NCBI RefSeq assembly: GCF_964213995.1
Contig: NC_135830.1
Location: forward strand, 12,710,001-12,774,000
Reading direction: 5' to 3'
DNA: 64,000 nt
Origin: Mustelus asterias
Taxonomy: Eukaryota
Made by a program: the position numbers and the translations under genes
Notes under the pieces: generated by a model
What the model was told of the DNA's origin: nothing
The model's input: the letters and a program-made list of their open reading frames with translations, nothing else
Database searches by the model: none
In this document: positions 1-14,200 of the stretch, one piece after another
Layout: every line of letters starts with the position of its first letter
How positions within the stretch are numbered: position 1 is the first letter of the stretch

Positions 1-1436
1 GTATGTCTTTGTTTACAGTGGTCATTGGGGTGTGAATCTGCATTTCCAGTGATCCTTCGGGAGTGAGTCAGTATTTACAGTGATCACAGGGGAGTGAGTA
101 AGTATTTACAGTCATCATTGTGGAGTTTGTCAGTATTTACAGTTAGATTGGGGAGTGTGTCAGTATTCACAGTGATCATTGGGCAGTGTCTCAGTATTTA
201 TAGTGATCACTGTGGTGTGTGTCAGTGTTCACAGTGAGCATTGGAGAGTATGTCAGTTTTTACAGTGATCATTGGGAGTGCGTCAGTATTTACAGTGGTC
301 TTTGGGGATTGTGTCAATTATCACAGTGATAATTGGGGATTGTGTCAGACTTTACAGCGGTCATTGGGGAGATTATCTGTATTTTCAGCGATCCTTCGGG
401 AGTGTGTCATATTTGCAGTGATCATTGGGGATTGTGTCAGTATTTACAGTGATCATTTGGGAGTGTGTCACTAGTTACAGTGATCATTGTGCAGTGTGTC
501 AGTATATGCAGTGATCATTGTGGAGTGAGTCAGTATTTGCAGTGATCATTGTGGAGTGTGCCAGTATTTACAGTTACATTGGGGAGTGTGTCAGTGTTCA
601 TAGTGATCAGTGGGAAGTGTGCCTGTGTTTTCAGAGATCACTGGTGACTCTGTCAGTATTTACAGTGATCATTGTGGAGTTTGTCAGTATTTCCAAGGAT
701 CATTGGGGAGTGTATCAGATATCATTGGTGAGTGTGTCAATTATTACCGTGATCATTGTGGAGTTTGTCAGTATTTCGAGAGATCATTGGGGAATGTATC
801 AGAGATCATTGGTGAGTGCGTCAATTATTACCATGATCACTGGTGAGATTGGCATAATTTATAGTGATCATTGGGAAGTGTGTCTTCATTTATAGTGATC
901 ATTGAGGAGTGTGTCTGTATCTACAATGATGATAGGGGAGTGCGTCAGTATTACACTGGTCATTGGGGATTGTGTCCATTATTACAGTGATCATTGCGGA
1001 CTGAGTCAGTATTTACAGTGATCATTGGGGAGTGTGTCTGTACTTACAGTGATCACTGGGGATTGTGACAATTATTGCAGTGATCATTGGGGAGTGTGTC
1101 TGTACTTACAGTGATCATTGGGGATTGTGTTAATCATTACAGTGATGATTGGGGAGTGTGTCAGTATTTTCAATGAACATTGGGGAGTGTGTCCGTATTT
1201 ACAGCGATCATTGGGGAGAGTGTCACTATTTACACTGGTCATTGCTGAGTGTGTCAATATTTACAGTGATCATTGGGGAGAGTGTAGTACTTACACTCCA
1301 ATGATCACTGTAAATAATACTCTCTCCGCAATGATCACTGTAAATATTGACAAACTCACCAATACCCACTGTAAAGACAGATACACTACCCAATGATCAC
1401 TGTATCAGTATTTACAGTGATCATTGGGGAATGTGT

Positions 1437-1878
1437 CAGAGAGATTGAATAGGTTGGGACTTTATTCCCTGGAGCGTAGAAGATTGAGGGGAGATTTGAT
1501 AGAGGTGTATAAGATTTTGATGGGTATAGATACAGTGAATGCAAGCAGGCTTTTTCCGCTGAGGCGAGAGGAGAAATAAAACCAGAGGGCAAGGGTTAAG
1601 GGTGAAAGGAGAAAAGTTTAAAGGGAATATTAGAGGGGGCTTCTTCACGCATAGAGTGGTGGGAGTGTGGAATGAGCTGCCGGATAAACTGGTAAATGCG
1701 GGGTCACTTTTAACATTTAAGAAAAACTTGGACGGGTTCATGGATGAGAGGGGTGTGGAGTCCAAGGGGGGTCCAAGTGCATGTCAGTGGGACTGGGCAA
1801 AAAATGGTTCGGCACAGACAAGAAGGGCCAAAAAGTCTGTTTCTGAGCTGTAATTTTCTATGGTTCTCGAGGGTTCTA
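1437..1878 (+). mobile_element. 5'-truncated CR1 LINE 3' fragment inserted in the satellite
   Basis: CR1 ORF2 C-terminus (LERRRLRGDLIEVYK; FFTHRVVGVWNELP) and a TTCTATGG-type tail. Confidence 0.9.
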
Positions 1879-4800
1879 TTTACAGTGATCATTGGGCAGA
1901 CTGTCAGTATGTTCAGTGATCATTGGGGAGTGTGTCAGTATTTACAGTGGTCATTGGGGAGTGTATCTGGATTTCCAGTGATCATTGTGCAGTTTGTCAG
2001 TATATGCAGTGATTATTGTGGAGTGAGTCAGTATTTACAGTGATCATTGCGGAGTGTGTCAGTATTTGCAGCGATCATTGTGGAGTGTGTCAGTATTTAC
2101 AGTTACATTGGGGAGTGTGTCAGTATTCACAGTGATCAATGGCAGTGTGTCAGTATTTACAGTGATCATTGAGGAGCGTGTCAGTATTTACAGTGATCTT
2201 TGGGGAGTGTGTCTGTATTTACACTGATCCTTGGGGAGTGTGTCAGTATTTACAGTGATCATTGGGGTGTGTGTTATTATTTACAGTGATCACTGGGGAC
2301 TGTGTCTGTAAATACTGTGATCATTGGGGATTATGTCAGTATTTACAGTGTTCATTGGGGAGTGTGTCAGCATTTACAGTGACAATTGGGGACTGTTTCT
2401 GTATTTAAAGTGACCATTGGTGATTGTGTCAGAATTTTCAGTGATCATTGGGAAGTTTGTCTGTATGTACAGAGATCACTGGTGACTGTGTCAGTATTTA
2501 CAGTGATAATTGTGGAGTTTGTCACTATTTCCAGGGATCACTGAGGAGTGTATCAGAGATCATTGGAGAGTGTGTCAATTATGACCGTGATCATTGAGGA
2601 GTGTGGCATAATTTACGGTGATCATTGGGGAGTGTGTCTTTATTTACAGTGATCATTGGGGAGTGTGTCTGTATTTCCAATGCACATTGGGGAGTGGGTC
2701 AGTATTTACAGTGGTCATTGGGGATTGTGTCAATTATTACAGTGATAATTGGGGATTGAGTCAACATTTACAGTGATCATTGGGGAGTGTGTCAGTATTT
2801 ACATTGATCATTGGGACTTTGTTGTTATTTACAGTGATCATTGGGGAGTGTGTCAGTATTTACGGTGATCATTGGGACTTTGTTGTTATTTACAGTGATC
2901 ATTGGGGAGTTTGTCAGTATTTACGGTGATCATTGGGCAGTGTTTCTTTATTTCCAGTGATCATTGGGGAATGTGTCACGATATACAGTGATCATTGGGG
3001 AGTGTGTCAGTATTTAGAGTCATCATTGGGGAGTGTGTCAGTATTTACATCGATCATTGATGAGTATGTCAGTCTTACTTTGAACATTGGGGTGTGTCAG
3101 TATTTACAGTGCTCACTGGGGAGTGTGTCAGTCTTTGCACTGATCATTAGGGAGTGTGTGAGTATTTACAGTGATCATTGGTGAGTGTGTCTGTATTTCC
3201 TGTCATCATCGGGGAGTGTGTCAATATTTACAGAGATCATTGGGTAGTGTGTCAGTACTTCCAGTGATCACTCGGGAGTGTTTCAGTATTTACAGTGATC
3301 ATGGCGGAGTGTGTCAGTATTTACAGTGATCATTGGGACTTTGTTGTTATTTACAGTGATCACATGGGAGAGTGTCGGTATTTACTTTGATCATTGGGGA
3401 GTATGTCAGTGTTTAAAGTGATCATTGGGGAATTTATCAGTAGTTCCACTGATCATTGGGCAGCGCTGCAGTATTTACAGTGATCATTGTGGAGTGTGTC
3501 AGTATTTACAGTGATCATTGGGGAGTTTTTCAGTATTTACAGCGTTCATTGCTGACTGTGTCTGTATTTCCAGTGACCATTGGGGAATGTGTTTGTATTT
3601 ACAGTGACCATTGCTGATTGTATCATTATTTACAGTGATCATTGGGAAGTGTGTCTGTATTTACAGTGATCACTAGTGTGTGTGTCATTATTTACTGTGA
3701 TCATTGTGGAGTTTGTCAGTATTTCCAGGGATCATTGGGGAGTGTATCAGCATTTACAGAGATCATTGGTGAGTGTGTCAATTATTACCGTGATCATTGG
3801 GGAGTGTGGCATAATACAAAGTGGTCGTTTCGGAGTGCGTCTTAATTTACAGTGATCATTGGGGAGTGTGTCTGTATTAACAATGATCTTCGGAGAGTGC
3901 GTCAGGATTTACAGTGTTCACTGGGGAGTGTGTCAATTATTACAGTGATAATTGGGGAGTGAGTCAGTATTGACAGTGTGTTATTCTTTACAGTGATCAC
4001 ATGGGAGTGTGTCTGTATTTACAGTGATCATTGGGTTTTATGTCAGTATTTACAGTGATCATTGGGGAGTGTGTCAGTATTTACAGTGGTCATTGGGGAG
4101 TGTATCTGTATTTCCAGTGATCCATCGGGAGTGTGCCAGTATTTACAGTGATTATTGGGGAGTGTGTCAGTATATACAGTGATGATTGGGGAGTGTGCCA
4201 CTATTTACAGCGATCATTATGCAGTGTGACCATATTTACTGTGATCATTGTGGAGTGTGTCAGTATTTGCAGTGATCATTGTGGAGTGAGTCAGTATTAA
4301 CAGTTACATTGAGGGAGTGTGTCAGTATTCACAGTGATAATTGGGCAGTGTGTCAGTATTTACAGTAATCATTGGGCAGTGTGTCAGTATTTACAGTGAT
4401 CATTGGGGAGTGTGTCTGTATTTACAGTGATCATTGGGGAGTGTGTCATTATTTACAGTGATCATTGGGGAGTGTGTCAGCATTTACAGTGATCATTGGG
4501 GATGTGTGTTATTATTTACAGTGATCACATGGGAATGTGTCAGTATTTACAGTGATCATTGTGGAGTATGTCACTATTTAGTGTTCATTGGTGTGTGTGT
4601 CTGTATTTACAGTGACAATTGGGGAGAATGTCTCTATTTAGAGTGACCATTGGTGATTGTGTCAGTATTTACAGTGATCATTGGGAAGTGTGTCTGTGTT
4701 TACAGTGATCACTGGTGACTGTATCAGTATTTACCGTGAGCATTTTGGAGGTCGTCAGTATTTCCAGGGCTCATTGGGGAGTGTATCAGAGATCATTGAT

Positions 4801-7793
4801 GAGTGTGTCAATTATTACCGTCATCATTGGGGAGTGTGGCATAATTTACATTCATCATTGGGGAGTGTGTATTTATTGAGCGTGATCATTGGGGACTGTG
4901 TCTGTATTTACAATTATTATTGGGAGTGTGTCAGTAATTACAGTGATCATTGGGGAGTGTGTCAGTATTTGCAATGAACATTGGGGAGTGTGTCCGTATT
5001 TACAGTGATCATTGGGGAGAGTGTCAGTATTTACAGTGGCCATTGGTGAGTATGTCACTATTTGCAGTGTTCATTGGTGTGTGTGTCTGTATTTACAGTG
5101 ACAATTGGGGAGTATGTCTGTATTTACAGTGACTATTGGTGATTGTGTCAGTATTTACAGTGATCATTGGGAAGTGTGTCCGTATTTACAGTGATCACTG
5201 GTGACTGTATCAGTATTTACCGTGAGCATTGTGGAGATCGTCAGTATTTCCAGGGCTCATTGGGGAGTGTATCAGAGATCATTGATGAGTGTGTCAATTA
5301 TTACCGTCATCATTGGGGAGTGTGGCATAATTTACATTGATCATTGGGGAGTGTGTCTTTATTGAGCGTGATCATTGGGGACTGTGTCTGTATTTACAAT
5401 TATTATTAGGAGTGTGTCAGTAATTACAGTGATCATTGGGGAGTGTGTCAGTATTTGCAATGAACATTGGGGAGTGTGTCCGTATTTACAGTGATCATTG
5501 GGGAGAGTGTCAGTATTTACAGTGGCCATTGGTGAGTGTGTCAATATTTACAGTGATCATTGGGGAGAGTGTAGTACTTACACTCCAATGATCACTGTAA
5601 ATACTACACTCTCCGCAATGATCACTGCAAATATTGACAAACTCATCAATGCCCACTGTAAAGACAGACACCCTAAGCAATGATCACTATATCAGTATTT
5701 GCAGTGATCACTGGAGAATGTATAAGTATTTACAGTGATCATTGGGGAGTGCTTCAGTATTTACCGTGATGATTGGGGAGTTGTCAGTATTTACACTGGT
5801 CATTGGAGAGTGAATCTGCATTTCCAGTGATCCTTCGGGAGTGAGTCAGTATTTACAGTGATCACAGGGGAGTGTGTCAGTATTTGCAGTCATCATTGTG
5901 GAGTTTGTCAGTATTTACAGTTAGATTGGGGGGTGTGTCAGTATTCACAGTGATCATTGGGCAGAGTCTCAGTATTTATAGTGATCACTGTGGTGTGTGT
6001 CAGTATTCACAGTGAGCATTCGGGAGTATGTCAGTTTTTACAGTGATCATTGGGGAGTGTGTCAGTATTTACAGTGTTCATTGGGGAGTGTGTCTGCATT
6101 TGCAGTGACAGTTGGGGAGTGTGACTGTATTTAAAGTGATCTTTGGTGATTGTGTCAGTATTTACAGAGATCATTGGGAAGTGTGTCTATATTTACAGTG
6201 ATCACTGGTGACTGTGTCAGTATTTACAGTGATCATTGTGGAGTTTGTCAGTACTTCCAGGGATCATTGGCGAGTGTATCCGTGATCATTGGTGAGTATG
6301 TCAATTGTTACCGTGATCATTGGGGAGTGTGGCATAATTTACAGTGATCATTGGGAAGTATGTCTTTGTTTACAGTGGTCATTGGGGTGTGAATCTGCAT
6401 TTCCAGTGATCCTTCGGGAGTGAGTCAGTATTTACAGTGATCACAGGGGAGTGAGTAAGTATTTATAGTCATCATTGTGGAGTTTGTCAGTATTTACAGT
6501 TAGATTGGGGAGTGTGTCAGTATTCACAGTGATCATTGGGCAGTATCTCAGTATTTATAGTGATCACTGTGGTGTGTGTCAGTGTTCACAGTGAGCATTG
6601 GAGAGTATGTCAGTTTTTACAGTGATCATTGGGAGTGCGTCAGTATTTACAGTGGTCTTTGGGGATTGTGTCAATTATCACAGTGATAATTGGGGATTGT
6701 GTCAGACTTTACAGCGGTCATTGGGGAGATTATCTGTATTTTCAGCGATCCTTCGGGAGTGTGTCATATTTGCAGTGATCATTGGGGATTGTGTCAGTAT
6801 TTACAGTGATCATTTGGGAGTGTGTCACTAGTTATAGTGATCATTGGGCAATGTGTCAGTATATGCAGTGATCATTGTGGAGTGAGTCAGTATTTGCAGT
6901 GATCATTGTGGAGTGTGCCAGTATTTACAGTTACATTGGGGAGTGTGTCAGTGTTCATAGTGATCAGTGGGAAGTGTGCCTGTGTTTTCAGAGATCACTG
7001 GTGACTCTGTCAGTATTTACAGTGATCATTGTGGAGTTTGTCAGTATTTCCAAGGATCATTGGGGAGTGTATCAGATATCATTGGTGAGTGTGTCAATTA
7101 TTACCGTGATCATTGTGGAGTTTGTCAGTATTTCGAGGGATCATTGGGGAATGTATCAGAGATCATTGGTGAGTGCGTCAATTATTACCATGATCACTGG
7201 GGAGTGTGGCATAATTTATAGTGATCATTGGAAAGTGTGTCTTCATTTATAGTGATCATTGGGGAGTGTGTCTGTATCTACAATGATGATAGGGGAGTGC
7301 GTCAGTATTACACTGGTCATTGGGGATTGTGTCAATTATTACAGTGATCATTGCGGACTGAGTCAGTATTTACAGTGATCATTGGGGAGTGTGTCTGTAC
7401 TTACAGTGATCACTGGGGATTGTGACAATTATTGCAGTGATCATTGGGGAGTGTGTCTGTACTTACAGTGATCATTGGGGATTGTGTTAATCATTACAGT
7501 GATGATTGGGGAGTGTGTCAGTATTTTCAATGAACATTGGGGAGTGTGTCCGTATTTACAGCGATCATTGGGGAGAGTGTCACTATTTACACTGGTCATT
7601 GCTGAGTGTGTCAATATTTACAGTGATCATTGGGGAGAATGTAGTACTTACACTCCAATGATCACTGTAAATAATACTCTCTCCGCAATGATCACTGTAA
7701 ATATTGACAAACTCACCAATACCCACTGTAAAGACAGATACAGTACCCAATGATCACTGTATCAGTATTTACAGTGATCATTGGGGAATGTGT

Positions 7794-8235
7794 CAGAGAG
7801 ATTGAATAGGTTGGGACTTTATTCCCTGGAGCGTAGAAGATTGAGGGGAAATTTGATAGAGGTGTATAAGATTTTGATGGGTATAGATAGAGTGAATGCA
7901 AGCAGGCTTTTTCCGCTGAGGCGAGAGGAGAAATAAAACCAGAGGGCATGGGTTAAGGGTGAAAGGAGAAAAGTTTAAAGGGAATATTAGAGGGGGCTTC
8001 TTCACGCATAGAGTGGTGGGAGTGTGGAATGAGCTGCCGGATAAACTGGTAAATGCGGGGTCACTTTTAACATTTAAGAAAAACTTGGACGGGTTCATGG
8101 ATGAGAGGGGTGTGGAGTCCAAGGGGGGTCCAAGTGCATGTCAGTGGGACTGGGCAAAAAATGGTTCGGCACAGACAAGAAGGGCCAAAAAGTCTGTTTC
8201 TGAGCTGTAATTTTCTATGGTTCTCGAGGGTTCTA
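7794..8235 (+). mobile_element. CR1 3' fragment, duplicate of 1437-1878
   Basis: Near-identical sequence and identical satellite junctions at offset 6357. Confidence 0.9.
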
Positions 8236-11200
8236 TTTACAGTGATCATTGGGCAGACTGTCAGTATGTTCAGTGATCATTGGGGAGTGTGTCAGTATTT
8301 ACAGTGGTCATTGGGGAGTGTATCTTGATTTCCAGTGATCATTGTGCAGTTTGTCAGTATGTGCAGTGATTATTGTGGAGTGAGTCAGTATTTACAGTGA
8401 TCATTGCGGAGTGTGTCAGTATTTGCAGCGATCATTGTGGAGTGTGTCAGTATTTACAGTTACATTGGGGAGTGTGTCAGTATTCACAGTGATCAATGGC
8501 AGTGTGTCAGTATTTACAGTGATCATTGAGGAGCGTGTCAGTATTTACAGTGATCTTTGGGGAGTGTGTCTGTATTTACACTGATCCTTGGGGAGTGTGT
8601 CAGTATTTACAGTGATCATTGTGGAGTGTGTTATTATTTACAGTGATCACTGGGGACTGTGTCTGTAAATACTGTGATCATTGGGGATTATGTCAGTATT
8701 TACAGTGTTCATTGGGGAGTGTGCCAGCATTTACAGTGACAATTGGGGACTGTTTCTGTATTTAAAGTGACCATTGGTGATTGTGTCAGGATTTTCAGTG
8801 ATCATTGGGAAGTTTGTCTGTATGTACAGAGATCACTGGTGACTGTGTCAGTATTTACAGTGATAATTGTGGAGTTTGTCACTATTTCCAGGGATCACTG
8901 AGGAGTGTATCAGAGATCATTGGAGAGTGTGTCAATTATGACCGTGATCATTGAGGAGTGTGGCATAATTTACGGTGATCATTGGGGAGTGTGTCTTTAT
9001 TTACAGTGATCATTGGGGAGTGTGTCTGTATTTCCAATGCACATTGGGGAGTGGGTCAGTATTTACAGTGGTCATTGGGGATTGTGTCAATTATTACAGT
9101 GATAATTGGGGATTGAGTCAACATTTACAGTGATCATTGGGGAGTGTGTCAGTATTTACAGTGATCATTGGGACTTTGTTGTTATTTACAGTGATCATTG
9201 GGAAGTGTGTCAGTATTTACGGTGATCATTGGGACTTTGTTGTTATTTACAGTGATCATTGGGGAGTTTGTCAGTATTTACGGTGATCATTGGGCAGTGT
9301 TTCTTTATTTCCAGTGATCATTGGGGAATGTGTCACGATATACAGTGATCATTGGGGAGTGTGTCAGTATTTACATCGATCATTGATGAGTATGTCAGTC
9401 TTACTTTGAACATTGGGGTGTGTCAGTATTTACAGTGCTCACTGGGGAGTGTGTCAGTCTTTGCACTGATCATTAGGGAGTGTGTGAGTATTTACAGTGA
9501 TCATTGGTGAGTGTGTCTGTATTTCCTGTCATCATCGGGGAGTGTGTCAATATTTACAGAGATCATTGGGTAGTGTGTCAGTACTTCCAGTGATCACTCG
9601 GGAGTGTTTCAGTATTTACAGTGATCATGGCGGAGTGTGTCAGTATTTACAGTGATCATTGGGACTTTGTTGTTATTTACAGTGATCACATGGGAGAGTG
9701 TCGGTATTTACTTTGATCATTGGGGAGTATGTCAGTGTTTAAAGTGATCATTGGGGAATGTATCAGTAGTTACACTGATCATTGGGCAGCGCTGCAGTAT
9801 TTACAGTGATCATTGTGGAGTGTGTCAGTATTTACAGTGATCATTGGGGAGTTTTTCAGTATTTACAGCGTTCATTGCTGACTGTGTCTGTATTTCCAGT
9901 GACCATTTGGGAGTGTGCTTGTATTTACAGTGACCATTGCTGATTGTATCAGTATTTACAGTGATCATTGGGAAGTGTGTCTGTATTTACAGTGATCACT
10001 AGTGTGTGTGTGTCATTATTTACTGTGATCATTGTGGAGTTTGTCAGTATTTCCAGGGATCATTGGGGAGTGTATCAGCATTTACAGAGATCATTGATGA
10101 GTGTGTCAATTATTACCGTGATCATTGGGGAGTGTGGCATAATACAAAGTGGTCGTTTCGGAGTGCGTCTTAATTTACAGTGATCATTGGGGAGTGTGTC
10201 TGTATTAACAATGATCATCGGAGAGTGCGTCAGGATTTACAGTGTTCACTGGGGAGTGTGTCAATTATTACAGTGATAATTGGGGAGTGAGTCAGTATTG
10301 ACAGTGATCATTGGGGAGTGTGTTATTCTTTACAGTGATCACATGGGAGTGTGTCTGTATTTACAGTGATCATTGGGTTTTATGTCAGTATTTAGACTGA
10401 TCATTGGGGAGTGTGTCAGTATTTACAGTGTTCATTGTGGAGTGTGTCTGCATTTACAGTGACAATTGGGGAGCGTGTCTCTTTTTAAAGTGACCATTGG
10501 TGACTGTGTCAGTATTTACAGTGATCATTGCGGAGTTTGTCAGCATTTCCAGGGATCATTGGGGAGAGTTTCAGAGATCATTGTTGAGTGTGTCAATTAT
10601 TACCGTGATCATTGGGGAGTGTGGCATAATACAAAGTGGTCGTTTCTGAGTGCGTCTTAATTTACAGTGATCATTGGGGAGTGTGTCTGTATTAACAATG
10701 ATCATCGGAGAATGCGTCAGGATTTATAGTGTTCACTGGGGAGTGTGTCAATTATTACAGTGATAATTGGGGAGTGAGTCAGTATTGACAGTGATCATTG
10801 GGGAGTGTGTTATTCTTTACAGTGATCACAAGGGAGTGTGACTGTATTTACAGTGGTCATTGGGTTTTATGTCAGTATTTACACTGATCATTGGGGAGTG
10901 TGTCAGTATTTACAGTGATCCATCGGGAGTCTGCCAGTATTTACAGTGATTATTGGGGAGTGTGTCAGTATATACAGTGATGATTGGGGAGTGTGCCACT
11001 ATTTACAGCGATCATTATGCAGTGTGACCATATTTACTGTGATCATTGTGGAGTGTGTCAGTATTTGCAGTGATCATTGTGGAGTGAGTCAGTATTAACA
11101 GTTACATTGAGGGAGTGTGTCAGTATTCACAGTGATCATTGGGGAGTGTGTTATTATTTAGAGTAATCATTGGGGAGTGTGCCTGTATTTACACTGGTCA

Positions 11201-14200
11201 TTGCGGATTGTGTCAATTATTACAATAATAATTGGGGATTGAACCAATATTTTACAGTGATCAGTGGGGAGTATGTCTGCACTCATAGTGATCATTGGGG
11301 ATTGTGTTAATTATTACAGTGATCATTAGGGAGTATGTCAGTATTTGCAATGCACATTGGGGAGTGTATCCGTAATTACAGTGATCATTGGGAAGAGTGT
11401 CAGTATTTACAGTGGTCATTGGTGAGTGTGTCAATATTTACAGTGATCATTCGGGAGAGTGTTGTACTTACATTCCAATGATCACTGTAAATATTACACT
11501 CTCTACAATGATCACTGTAAGTATTGACAATCTCACCAATGACCACTGTAAAGACAGACACACTACCCAATCATCACTGTATCAGTTTTGACAGTGATCA
11601 TTGGGGAGTGTGTCAGTATTTACAGTAATAATTAGGGAGAGTGTCAGTATTTACAGTGATCATTGGGGAGTGTGTCAATATTTACAGTGAGCATTGGGGA
11701 ATGTCACAGAATTTACAGTCATCATTGGGGAATTTGTCAGTATTTACGGTGATCATTGGGGAGTGCGTCAGTAATTACAGTTATCATTGGGGAGTGTGTC
11801 AGTGTTTAGAGTGATCGTTGGTGAGAGTGTCAGTATTTACAGTGGTCATTGGGGAGTGTTTCAGTATTTACAGTGATCATTGGGGGGGGGGGCGTCACTG
11901 TTTACAGTGATCATTGGAGAGTGTGTCAGTTTTGACATCGATCATTGATGAGTGTGTCAGTATTTACTTTGAACATTTGTGTGTGTCAGTATTTCAAGTG
12001 CTCACTCGGGAGTGTGTCAGTGTTTGCAATTCCCATTGGGGAGTGTGTAAGTATTTACAGTGATCATTGGGGAGTGTGTCTGTATTTCCTGCAATCATTG
12101 GGGAGTGTGTCAATATTTATAGAGATCATTGGGTAGTGTGTCAGTACTTCCAGTGATTACTGGGGATTGTTTCAGTATTTCAAGTGATCAATGGGGAGTG
12201 CGTCAGTATTTACAGTGATAGTTGGGGAGTGTGTCAGTATTTACAGTGATCATTGTGGAGTGTGTCAGTATTTACAGTGATCATTGTGGAGTGTGTCAGT
12301 ATTTACAGTGATCATTGTGGAGTGTGTCAGTATTTACAGTGATCATTGGGGAGTATGTTATTATTTACAGTGATCACATGGGAGTGTGTCAGTATTTACA
12401 GTGATCATTGGGTAGTATGTCAGTATTTAGAGTGTTCATTGGGTAGTATGTCAGTATTTACAGTGTTCATTGGGGAGTGTGTCAGTAATGACAGTGTTCA
12501 TTGGGGAGTATGTCTGCATTTACAGTGAGCATTGGGGAGTGTGTCTCTATTTAAAGTGACCATTGGTGATTGTGTCAGTTTTCACAGTGATCATTGGGAC
12601 GTTTGTCAGTATTTCCAGGGATCATTGGGGAGCGTATCAGAGATCATTGGTGAGTGTGTCAATTATTACCGTGATCCTTGGGGAGTGTGGCATAATTTAC
12701 AGTGATCATTGGGGAGCGTGTCTGTATTTACATTTATTATTGGGGAGTGTGTCAATATTTACAGTGGTCATTGGGGATTGTGTCAATTATTACAGTGATA
12801 ATTGAGGAATGAGTCAGTATTTGCAGTGATCATTGGGGAGTGTGTCTGAACTTACAGTGATCATTGGGGATTGTATCAATTATTGCAGTGATCGTTGGGG
12901 AGTGTCTCTGTACTTACAGTGATCATTGGGGAGTGTGTGAATATTTGCAATGAACATTGAGGTGTGTGTCAGTATTTACAGTGGTCATTGGTGAGTGTTT
13001 CAATATTTACAGTGATCGTTGGGGAGAGTGTAGTACTTACACTCCAAAGATCACTGTAAATATTGACAAACTCACCAATGCTCATTGTAAAGACAGACAC
13101 ACTACCCAATGATCACTGTATCAGTATTTGCAGTGATCATTGGGGAATGTGTCGGTATTTACAGTGATCATTCGGGAGTCTGTTAGTATTTTTAGTGATT
13201 AATGGGGAGTGTGTCAGAATTTACAGTGGTCATTGGGGAGTTTATCTATATTTCCAGTGATCCTTCGGGAGTGTGTCAGTATTTGCAGTGATCATTGACG
13301 AGTGTGTCAGTATTTACAGTGATCACTGTGTAGTGTGTCAGTATATGCAGTGATCATTGTGGAGTGAGTCAGTATTTGCAGTGATCATTGTGGAGTGTGT
13401 CAGTATTCGCAGTGATCAGTGGGCAGTGTGTCTGTATTTACAGTGATCACTCGTGACTGTGTCAGTATTTCCAGGGATCATTGGGGAGTGTATCAGAGAT
13501 CATTGGTGAGTGTGTCAATGATTACAGAGATCATTGGGGAGTGTGTCTTTATTTACAGTGATCATTGGAGAGTGTGTCTGTATTTACAATGCGCATTGGG
13601 GAGTGTGTCTCTATTTGCAGTGGTCATTGCGGTTTGTGTCAATTATTACAGTGCTAATTGGGGATTGAGTCAACATTTACAGTGAAGATTGGGGAGTGTG
13701 TCAGTACTTACAGTGTTCATTGGGGATTGTGTTAATTATTACACTGATAATTGGGGATTGAGTGAGCATTTACGGTGATCATTGGGGAGTTTGTCAGTAT
13801 TTCCAGGGATCATTGGGGAGTGTATCAGAGATCATTGGTGAGTGTGTCAATGATTACAGTGATCATCGGGGAGTATGGCATAATTTACATTGATCATTGG
13901 GGAGTGTGTCTTTATTTACAGTGATCATTGGAGAGTGTGTCTGTATTTACAATGCGCATTGGAGAGTGTGTCTCTATTTACAGTGGTCATTGCCGATTGT
14001 GTCAATTATTACAGTGTTAATTGGGGATTGAGTCAACATTTGCAGTGATCATTGCGGAGTGCGTCAGTATTTACAGTGGTCATTGGGGATTGTGTTAATT
14101 ATTAACGTGATAATTGGGGATTGAGTGAGCATTTACGGTGATCATTGGGGAGTGTGTCAATATTTACAGTGATCATTGGGAACTGTCTCAGAATTTACAG

